Translations under genes and position numbers: made by a program
Origin: Kiritimatiellia bacterium
GTDB lineage: Bacteria; Verrucomicrobiota; Kiritimatiellia; JAAZAB01
Assembly (NCBI GenBank): GCA_040767085.1
Contig: JAXGPF010000005.1
Location: 192,001-256,000 of the forward strand
Direction of reading: 5' to 3'
Length of the DNA stretch: 64,000 bases
Shown here: piece by piece, positions 57,201 to 64,000 of the stretch
Numbering within the stretch: position 1 is the first letter of the stretch
How the letters are laid out: every line of letters begins with the position of its first letter
The notes under the pieces: generated by a model
The model's database searches: none
Seen by the model: the letters and a program-made list of their open reading frames with translations, nothing else
What the model was told of the DNA's origin: nothing

Positions 57201-57796
57201 CGGCGCGCGATTTCCAGCAGCCCGGCGTTCACCTGCCGCTGTTCCGCGATGCCGTGATCCTGGAGTTCCAGGTAAAAATTATCCTTGCCGAAAATCTCGC
57301 TGTATTCTCCCGCCGTCCGCAAGCCTAATTCGACGCCGCCGCTGATGATATCCTCGGCAACCCGCCCTTTCAGGCAGGCGGACAGGGCGATCAGGCCCTT
57401 GGAATATTGCGCCAGGATTTCCCGATCAATGCGCGGCTTGTAGTAAAATCCTTCCAGGTGCGCCATTGTCACCAGGCGCATCAGGTTATGGTACCCGGTC
57501 TCGTCCGCCGCCAGCAGCACCAGGTGATAATTCGCCGACGAGGCGCCATCCTGCTTCCGGTCCAGCCGTCTGTTGGGCGCCTCGTAAACCTCGCAGCCGA
57601 TCAAGGGCTTGATTCCACGGGCGCGGGCTTCTTTGTAAAACTCTATCGCGCCGTACATTACACCGTGATCGGTTATCGCCACCGCCGGCTGGCCGGCCGC
57701 CTGCACGGCGTCCATCAACTGGTCAATCCGGCAGGCGCCATCCAGCAGGCTGTAGCTGGTATGCAGGTGCAAATGGACAAAATCATCGTGTTTCAT
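54260..57796 (-). CDS. dnaE: DNA polymerase III alpha subunit
   Basis: HLHLHTSYSLLDG, TDHG, GRGSGAGS, PDFDIDF, KADFLGL and FNKSHS; no intein evident. Confidence 0.97.
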   Translation of the reverse strand: MKHDDFVHLHLHTSYSLLDGACRIDQLMDAVQAAGQPAVAITDHGVMYGAIEFYKEARARGIKPLIGCEVYEAPNRRLDRKQDGASSANYHLVLLAADETGYHNLMRLVTMAHLEGFYYKPRIDREILAQYSKGLIALSACLKGRVAEDIISGGVELGLRTAGEYSEIFGKDNFYLELQDHGIAEQRQVNAGLLEIARRTGLPLAASNDVHYLKREHAEAHEVLLCIQTGAVLSDPNHMRYASPEFYLKTGADMARLFREVPEALSNTVDIAHRCNVELDFKSLHFPVFRPPDGLDQKTYLLQLCREGLRRCYGVATPDQPRDDRERQIVERMDYEIGVIEKTGFLGYFLVVWDFVRFARESNIPVGPGRGSGAGSLVSYILGITGIDPLRYNLVFERFLNPERISPPDFDIDFCQFRRGEVIEYVKQKYGRDNVAQIITFGSLGAKTVIRDVGRVLQVPLPDCDRLAKLVPEELEMTLEKAEQTSLEFRKAAESDEHARRILPYARVLEGLYRNAGVHAAGVVISEQPLVDMLPLTLGKSKDKDESKEVVTQYSKDHVEALGMLKADFLGLKTLTVIEETLALLRKTGGGDVDINAIPMDDPDTYALLRRGDTVGVFQLESKGMRDLVRRISLDRIEDLIAMIALYRPGPMNMLDDYVDRKTGKVKIAYDDPLLEPILAETYGIMLYQEQVQQAAQKLAGYTLGQGDILRRAMGKKKPEEMEKQRQSFIEGCQKTCKMPAKKAERIFENIAKFAGYGFNKSHSAGYGVIAYQTAYLKAHYPEAFMAALISSEIGNADKLPVYINEAREMGLEILPPDVNQSQVRFMPGEKNIRFGLAGVKNVGEGVSEAIIAEREKGGVYKNLVDFCLRLDPRVLNRRVMETLARCGAFDSLGGHRASLFAGVEPALRRAASTLKDRSMGQASLFSMLDDSAEEDANILPDCPPWPDNELLAAEKELLGIYMSGHPLTQYEPLLKRYRLATIAELAEMENGMVTRVGGLVAAVEKKITKNKDQMAVTRIEDTEGMLEAVAFPDTWTEFGAELTPGAAVMVCGEVSRSEQSVKMKIYEVYPLERAPRIFTERISLHVPAAVLSDDMLERIRTLFQRYPGDTPAVFCLQFPKGEEVFLNTDSAYRVSVTAGLIAELEDLLGPQSVFIGVLQRACLRGDRPAQNGRRYGR

Positions 57797-57981
57797 AGGA
57801 GTTCCAAGATACGCAAAACAGGGGAAATGACAAGTCAATTCGCGCCGGCCCGGCCGCGGCGAGGGCGCCTGCGTCATTCTCAGAACAGACGGCTCGGTAC
57901 GGCTTGCCTTGGATAGCTTCAGCGAAGTCCGTCAAAGCCGGACGTAGCCCGCAGGGATATCTCGTCCAAGAAATGCGCCGA

Positions 57982-58049
57982 GGCGGTCAAGGGACTGACC
58001 GCCCTACCCATCCAATTACATCGGTAGGGCGGCCAGTCCCTTGGCGGCC
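57982..58049. repeat. Inverted REP-like doublet
   Basis: GGCGGTCAAGGGACTGACCGCCCTACC ... GGTAGGGCGGCCAGTCCCTTGGCGGCC. Confidence 0.7.
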
Positions 58050-58250
58050 TCCGATCCGGAACGGCGCGCAAGCCTCGGGATCGCGCCGCCGAGAATGACG
58101 CAGCCGTGGCGCTGGTCGCATCTGCGATGCGTTACAGACAAGCCGGCGCCGGCAAGGCGAAGTGGAACTCAGAATTTTACCGCGAAGGTTTCGAAGGACG
58201 CGAAGGAAGAATGGTGATTTTTGCGGATTGTCAAATAATATTTTACGGCA

Positions 58251-59699
58251 TCACTCCACCGTCAGAGTGGTCCCTGAGAGCAGCAGTGTTCCATGAAGGT
58301 CCAGCACGCCGTCCTTCGGGTAATCCACGGCAAACCAGATGTTGTACACGCCCGGCGCCAGGACCAGGCCTTGTGCGATCGGCATCGGGGCGATATTAGC
58401 GAGCGGCCCCTGATGCACCGGCTGGATGTTCTGCAATTGCCCGTCGAACCCAACCCAGTTAAAGGTGCTGTTCAAATACAGCCAACTACCCGTATTCTGC
58501 GCCAGGGCCGCCACCCACCAATCAACGCCATATCCAACCCAGGCGTCCACATTCATCATCGCCAGGAAAATCGTCAACGGCACACCGTAAGCCGCCGCCG
58601 CGTTATCGCCCACCATGCCATTCACAATTACCAGCGGCCCGACCACGCCGGGGTACCCGGTGTCGTCCTCGCTGAATGCGCTCGATCCGGCGCTATTGAC
58701 GGCCTTGACCCAGTAGTAATAAGTCGTGTTCGGGGCAACGGCGCGATCATGGTAAATTAAAGACGGCAATTCCCCGCCGGACGATTCCCCGGCGGAATCC
58801 GATCCTGCCGCGGAGGCGCCCGGCGCGGCGGTCAAAGCCGGCCCGTCCGCATCAGCCGGCGCCGCCCGTAGTCCGGGCGCCGGGCAATCGGCCACCGCGC
58901 CCAGCAAAACCGCCGACGAGGCGTCATCAGCCGTGTTCCGCCAGACCTGGTATGATTCCGCGCCGGCGGACGCCTGCCATGACACTGAAACTTTATTGGT
59001 GTAGGCGCCGTCCGTGGCCGACACGCCCGCGGGCGCCGGCGGCGGGAGCGGCGGCGGCGCAAAAGCAAAATGCAAGGTGATGGTTCCCGTCACCCGGTCA
59101 TTGCGCTGCGATGTAACGGGCACCGAGGCGAATGAATTGCCCGTGATCGTAATCCGAAATGTTCGTTCACCCGCCTGGCCCGCAACCGGGTCATTCCGGG
59201 TTCCCGAGGGATTGGGCTGGTCCACCCACGAATCGAACAGGCCCGCCATGTAGGTGCTGCCGTTGTACAAATCGACATACGGCATCCCGAACATGTAACC
59301 GGAGCAGGCGGCGGACCATGTTGTGGTGAGCGTAAAAGCTTCCTCCGCGGCAACAGTGACATGCAAGGCATTGGTTGTGCCGGCCGGATTGAACACCGCC
59401 GAGGGCCGGGCGCCGGCGCCGATATTCCGCTGCTGGTCAAACGCCATCACCACCGTTTGCCCGTCGTTGCTGACAACCGACAGGGTCGAGACCACTTCTA
59501 CGGTACCCGTGCCGCTGGCAAAGGCCGTGGCCCCGGCGTAGGTGTCGCCGCTGTCGCCGGCATAATCCGCCGCGCCCGACTGGATTTCCTGCGCATGCAC
59601 GCCGGCGTGGACGCTCACCTTCACTACCGAGCCAGCTGTCGCTGCCGCCGCCAGCATGGCCAGCAATACCGCCCAGCTTACAGCAAGCATTGAACGCAT
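58251..59699 (-). CDS. Secreted protein with fibronectin type III-like domain
   Basis: Signal peptide, Pro linker, SATDG...VSW...YQVWR...YYYWVKAVN. Confidence 0.7.
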   Translation of the reverse strand: MRSMLAVSWAVLLAMLAAAATAGSVVKVSVHAGVHAQEIQSGAADYAGDSGDTYAGATAFASGTGTVEVVSTLSVVSNDGQTVVMAFDQQRNIGAGARPSAVFNPAGTTNALHVTVAAEEAFTLTTTWSAACSGYMFGMPYVDLYNGSTYMAGLFDSWVDQPNPSGTRNDPVAGQAGERTFRITITGNSFASVPVTSQRNDRVTGTITLHFAFAPPPLPPPAPAGVSATDGAYTNKVSVSWQASAGAESYQVWRNTADDASSAVLLGAVADCPAPGLRAAPADADGPALTAAPGASAAGSDSAGESSGGELPSLIYHDRAVAPNTTYYYWVKAVNSAGSSAFSEDDTGYPGVVGPLVIVNGMVGDNAAAAYGVPLTIFLAMMNVDAWVGYGVDWWVAALAQNTGSWLYLNSTFNWVGFDGQLQNIQPVHQGPLANIAPMPIAQGLVLAPGVYNIWFAVDYPKDGVLDLHGTLLLSGTTLTVE

Positions 59700-59933
59700 T
59701 TTACCGCCCTCCCGATTTACACAAGCAGTTAACCAAACGCATTCTTGCTACCCAAACGCCCTACAGGGCATAGCATAGCTGTTTTTCCCCGGCTGTCCAT
59801 TATAATTTTTCGAAATCGGCTGTGCGCTGATGCCGCGGATGTTTTATGATGGACTTGATCCAACGGCGGGCTTATATTTTACAGGCGAGTTGGATGACGT
59901 TCTACTGCCATCATTTTAGCACAGGAGCCGACC

Positions 59934-60716
59934 ATGCATTTTGGCGTATACGGAAAAGCGGCAATAGCCAAGGTTGCCGCGCGGGCAGGCTACGATTTCG
60001 CGGAAATGAGCGTGGCGGAACTGCTGAAACCGCTCGAGCCCGAACAGACATTCCTGACGTCGCTCGCAGCCTTGCATGACGCCGGGCTCCCCTGCCCCGC
60101 CGTCAACGGCTTCGTGCCGGCCAACCTGAAGATCACCGGACCGGATGTTGACATTCCAGCATTGCAGGCCTATGTCGCCACGGTGATGGGCCGGGCGGAA
60201 CGGGCCGGCGTCCAGATCGTTGTTTTCGGCTCGGGCGGCGCCCGGCGCATCCCGGACGGGTTTGACCGGCAAGCCGCGCATGCCCAACTGGCGGCGTTCT
60301 GCCGGATGGCGGCCCCGCTGGCGCGCGACCATGGCGTCACCATCGTGGTCGAGCCTTTAAATCGAGCGGAATGCAATGTCCTGACCACCCTGGCCGAGTG
60401 CGCCGCGCTGGTGGAGGCAGCGGAGCATCCGGCCATCCGGCTGATGGTGGATGCCTACCACCTGCTGCGCGACGGCGATGCCTTGGCGGATATCGTCACC
60501 TGCGGCAAACTGCTGGCGCACGCGCACATCGCCACCGTCCCGGGCCGCCTGGCGCCCGGCGCCGAGCCTTGCGATTTCTCCCGCTTCTTCCGCGCCCTGG
60601 CGGACGCGCATTACTCCGGCCGGATATCCATTGAAGGCAAACTCGCCGACCCGGCGGCGGAACTCCCCGCCGCCCTGGCGCTCATGCGCCGCCTGGCGAC
60701 CGCCCAACCGGCATGA
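59934..60716 (+). CDS. Sugar phosphate isomerase/epimerase (xylose-isomerase-like TIM barrel)
   Basis: VFGSGGAR, EPLNRAE, DAYH, HAHIA and ISIE; AGGAG RBS. Confidence 0.85.
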   Translation: MHFGVYGKAAIAKVAARAGYDFAEMSVAELLKPLEPEQTFLTSLAALHDAGLPCPAVNGFVPANLKITGPDVDIPALQAYVATVMGRAERAGVQIVVFGSGGARRIPDGFDRQAAHAQLAAFCRMAAPLARDHGVTIVVEPLNRAECNVLTTLAECAALVEAAEHPAIRLMVDAYHLLRDGDALADIVTCGKLLAHAHIATVPGRLAPGAEPCDFSRFFRALADAHYSGRISIEGKLADPAAELPAALALMRRLATAQPA

Positions 60717-60806
60717 ATTGACCACGGTCAGGCTGGCCGCATAAATGCCAGGCGACCTGCAAATTGACGAACTTATGAGCAGCTTGCGAAAGCCAGTCAT
60801 CAGCAG

Positions 60807-62270
60807 TCAGAATGACACAAGGTCCCAGGCGTATATTGCGGCGTCCTCCAGGACAATGCGCGCCACCAGCCGGTGATGCGGGACGGGCACGATCCGCGTG
60901 CCATCGCGCCAGGCGACCTTGGCCGCCGGGCAATCGCCATGCAGAGGGATGGCGTCATCCAAGCCGCTGCGTCCGCTGATCTCGATTTTATCGCCGCGCC
61001 CGGCGCGCGCGAACAACTGCACCCGCACGCAGCCCTGCCGGCCGGTTTCGCAGTTCAGGATCAACTCGCAGGGCCGGTCAAGCGCGCCCAGTTCCAGTTC
61101 CACCACGCCCGCCGGCGCGGCCTTGAACCCGAACATGCGCCAGCGGGGCCAACGGGCAAGGCCGATCACGCGCTGCTCGCCGGAGTCCTCGCGCCGGCGC
61201 TGCAAGTCCGGATCAACCTGCCAGTCCGGGGTACGATCCCAGGCATGGCTGTATTGGTCGGCGGTGACATACATCCAATGCTCGGCGCCGGCCGCAACCG
61301 GAGCGCTGGCCACGCCCAGCCAGCCGGCGGCCCACGCCGGACGATCGCCCCCGATAAACGCGGCGCGCCCCGGCGCATGCAGCCAGCGGTCGCGCGGGCC
61401 GTCCTGGTACGCCAGGGTAATGTCCGACATGCCGTAAATCGCGTAATGCTGCGGCGGGGTCTGCGACAAGGGCAGCCAATGCCGGAAATTCTCGATCAAG
61501 CCCACCAGCCCGGCGCCGGCCGGCAGCAGGCCCATCTTGTAATAATCCGTGGAATTAAATCCGCGCGCCCGGGCGATGACATCGTCGAATTCGTCCGGCG
61601 CCAGGGCGCAGGCCGCCTCGCCCCACCGGCCGCCGCTCAGTTCGGCGGTCCAGATGGCGCGGCGGTGCAGCCCGCCGGACAGCCGGACGAACTTCATGGC
61701 GGCGATGCCGCGGTTCCAGCCGGGATGCCAGGCGCTCGTGATCGTATCGCCGGACAGCCAGCGCGCCTGCCGCGCATCCAATTCCCAGCGCAGGCCGTCC
61801 GCCGAATGCGCCGTGAAAAATCCGCCGGACAATCCCCGCGGGTCATCCCCCGCGCCGAGCAGTTGCGGCGCGTAAACCGTGGCGCGGTAACGCGCCGCCG
61901 GCGGCGCGGTCGGATCAACGAAGACCCCGCCGACATTGAGATTGACGTAATTATTGCCCGCCGGCCCGTCGGACACCAACCCCAGCGCCGGCCGGCGCCA
62001 GGCCAGCCCGTCGTCCGATTCCGCGTAAGCCGTGCGGTACCGGCCGCGTTTCGGGCCTTGCCGGGCAAAATCCGGGTCGCACAGGTACCACATCCGTAAG
62101 ATGCCCCCGTCATGCAGAACGGTTTTCACCTGCACCATCCGGCCATCCAATTCCGGGTCCGGCAGAAACACCGGCACATCATCCAGGCGCGCCTGTCCCT
62201 GGATGAAATAAACCCGGCCCTCCACCAGGCTCAGCCGCCGCATGGTTTCAAAAAACACATTCATGTTCAC
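60807..62270 (-). CDS. Hypothetical protein with GH32/43-like beta-propeller features
   Basis: LRMWY, YAESDDGLAWRRP and HSADGLRW Asp-box-like repeats; 4-bp overlap with the upstream gene. Confidence 0.6.
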   Translation of the reverse strand: MNMNVFFETMRRLSLVEGRVYFIQGQARLDDVPVFLPDPELDGRMVQVKTVLHDGGILRMWYLCDPDFARQGPKRGRYRTAYAESDDGLAWRRPALGLVSDGPAGNNYVNLNVGGVFVDPTAPPAARYRATVYAPQLLGAGDDPRGLSGGFFTAHSADGLRWELDARQARWLSGDTITSAWHPGWNRGIAAMKFVRLSGGLHRRAIWTAELSGGRWGEAACALAPDEFDDVIARARGFNSTDYYKMGLLPAGAGLVGLIENFRHWLPLSQTPPQHYAIYGMSDITLAYQDGPRDRWLHAPGRAAFIGGDRPAWAAGWLGVASAPVAAGAEHWMYVTADQYSHAWDRTPDWQVDPDLQRRREDSGEQRVIGLARWPRWRMFGFKAAPAGVVELELGALDRPCELILNCETGRQGCVRVQLFARAGRGDKIEISGRSGLDDAIPLHGDCPAAKVAWRDGTRIVPVPHHRLVARIVLEDAAIYAWDLVSF

Positions 62271-63865
62271 CGCACATTAAAAAGCATGCCCTGCGCCACA
62301 TATTCATAGCAGCCCATGTCAACCAGCCGGCTGAAACGGTCCAGCCGGGGCCGGCCATCCAAATCCGTTGCTTGGCTCATCCACGCCTGGTTCGACCCGG
62401 AATTGATGCAGAACGAGCCATGGCCGAGCCTGAAATTCGCGCCGGCCGGAGACACAAATTGCGGTTCGGAATCAAAGCTTACGGCAACTTCCGTCAGGCC
62501 GTTGGTCGGCGCCATGCATGAATTAGTAAGCGTTATAACCCCGCCAGCCGACAAGAACCAGTTGGACGAACTCGTGCCGGCGGAATTGCCGTAAACAATC
62601 GAATTATTCAAATTCAGCGTGCCGGTATCGCTGATCCATACACCGCCGCCGACACCGCCGCCATCCGGCGCTGAATTGCCGGCAATCGTGGTATTCCAGC
62701 ATTGCGCCAGGACGGACGCGCCGACATGCAGTCCTCCGCCGCGCCGGTCCACACTATTGGCCGCCTGATTGCCGGCGATCAGGCAATTATATAAGACGGC
62801 GTTAGCATCAAGTTGTATGCCGCCGGCGTGACTAGAGCTGATGTTATTGGCAACCTGGCAATTGCTGAAACACACCCCGCCGGAACCCGATTGGACATCC
62901 AATCCGCCGCCGCCCACGGCTGTGTTTCCGTCAATCCGGCAATTGACAAACAGGGCATCCGCCGCAATATATACTCCCCCGCCGGTGTCGGCACTGCAGG
63001 CATTGGATACTATGTCGCAATTCCAATATTCGCCGGGGCTGGCGAGATATATTCCACTGCCGCGGCCGCTGCTTCGATTGCCGGCGATCAGGCAGTTGGT
63101 AAATACGGCCGTGCCGGAATGTTGCACGCCCCCGGCATATGAGGCATTGGTATTGCATAATATCCTGCAATCATTCACCAACCGGTTGGGCAGCGCGCTG
63201 GCAATGTAAAGGCCCTTGCCATTATTGCCGGATATGACGCAGCTTCGAATGGTTACATTTGACCGCGCAACAATCATACCGCCCACCGGGTTATTGATGA
63301 TCCCGGTGTTTTCAATGAAGACCGATAAATCCTCGCCGTTGAAAGCAAATGAGGCGCCAATACGCACTGCCGGATCGACATTATTGGATGTCACAATACA
63401 ATTTTTTATCCAGGCGCCTTCCCGTTCCACCCGGATGGCGGAACCATTTGCGGCATTGCCGCCGATGACCGTAAACCCGTCCAGCATGGCATTGGTTGAC
63501 GCGCCGGCGGTTTGATTCTGGAAGTAAACACATTGCACGGCGTTGCTGCCGTCAATGAAGGTCTCTTCCGGGCCCTTGACGCTTTGCAACACAATATTCT
63601 TATTAATAATCAACGCGGCCTTCAGGTAGTAATGTCCGTTGGTCACCAGCACCGTGTCGCCGTTGGCGGACTTGACGATGGCGTTGGAAATCGTGGCGAA
63701 AGCCTGGTCCCAACCGCTGGTCCCGTCATGGCCGCTATCCGCGCCGCCCGGGGCAACAAACCAGGTAGCCGCCGACAAAGGGGAAGCCAACAGACCAACC
63801 AGCAGAATCAGCCCTGTAATCGGCGATGAGCAGACACGTTTACAGACGTAATTTTGGTTTTGCAT
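62267..63865 (-). CDS. Secreted right-handed beta-helix protein with choice-of-anchor-Q-like domain (paralogue of 12053..13606)
   Basis: AAGGGGGA RBS, signal peptide, ATWFVA, NCxIxGN/GGG repeats, DLDGRPR...VDMGCYE; ends AQGMLFNVR. Confidence 0.85.
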   Translation of the reverse strand: MQNQNYVCKRVCSSPITGLILLVGLLASPLSAATWFVAPGGADSGHDGTSGWDQAFATISNAIVKSANGDTVLVTNGHYYLKAALIINKNIVLQSVKGPEETFIDGSNAVQCVYFQNQTAGASTNAMLDGFTVIGGNAANGSAIRVEREGAWIKNCIVTSNNVDPAVRIGASFAFNGEDLSVFIENTGIINNPVGGMIVARSNVTIRSCVISGNNGKGLYIASALPNRLVNDCRILCNTNASYAGGVQHSGTAVFTNCLIAGNRSSGRGSGIYLASPGEYWNCDIVSNACSADTGGGVYIAADALFVNCRIDGNTAVGGGGLDVQSGSGGVCFSNCQVANNISSSHAGGIQLDANAVLYNCLIAGNQAANSVDRRGGGLHVGASVLAQCWNTTIAGNSAPDGGGVGGGVWISDTGTLNLNNSIVYGNSAGTSSSNWFLSAGGVITLTNSCMAPTNGLTEVAVSFDSEPQFVSPAGANFRLGHGSFCINSGSNQAWMSQATDLDGRPRLDRFSRLVDMGCYEYVAQGMLFNVR

Positions 63866-64000
63866 GATAGTCCCCCTTCGCATCATTGATTGAACAATTG
63901 TAACATTCAGGCCATTGGCGTCAACGATTTCCGGCGGCGGAATACCGGACCAATCCTGCCAGCGGCCGGCATTCACAACAAAGCGCCGCTGCCGCGGCAT

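Noticed and set aside
55334-57328. Long antisense ORFs (also 30823..32334, 14549..15922, 10694..11857 and others)
   Set aside because: Shadow frames of well-supported genes in GC-rich DNA, with no recognisable motifs.
54260-57796. Intein or split in dnaE
   Set aside because: The length and motif order are normal and no splicing motifs are seen.

Overview
A GC-rich bacterial chromosome segment. Gene content and style (lpxB, ppdK, dnaE, many secreted beta-helix and hydrolase proteins) suggest a Gram-negative PVC-group organism, possibly Kiritimatiellae/Lentisphaerae-like; this is inference only. In order, the window holds: a YihY-oxidoreductase-lpxB cluster; a lower-GC patch with a BstYI-like type II restriction-modification pair, an AraC pseudogene and an ISKra4-like remnant; a ~22 kb, partly decaying carbohydrate-catabolic region ending in rhaA; ppdK; a Gly-rich FG-GAP surface protein; queD-queE; a 228-bp folded element with inverted ends; MFS, KamA-like and tRNA-Leu genes; a solitary canonical 59-bp integron attC site; M48 peptidases; gdhA and a receiver/PEP-synthase-like protein separated by an intact IS1202-type element with a 16-bp target duplication; a Tat-signal AmmeMemoRadiSam enzyme; a 56-bp tandem repeat; a GT4; an RsmB-like methyltransferase; dnaE; and further secreted proteins. 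The best candidate for an undescribed system is a C-terminal G-x-[VL]-F-x-x-R-stop motif shared by three signal-peptide proteins of two unrelated folds, which looks like a lineage-specific protein-sorting signal. No CRISPR array, prophage or rRNA was seen.
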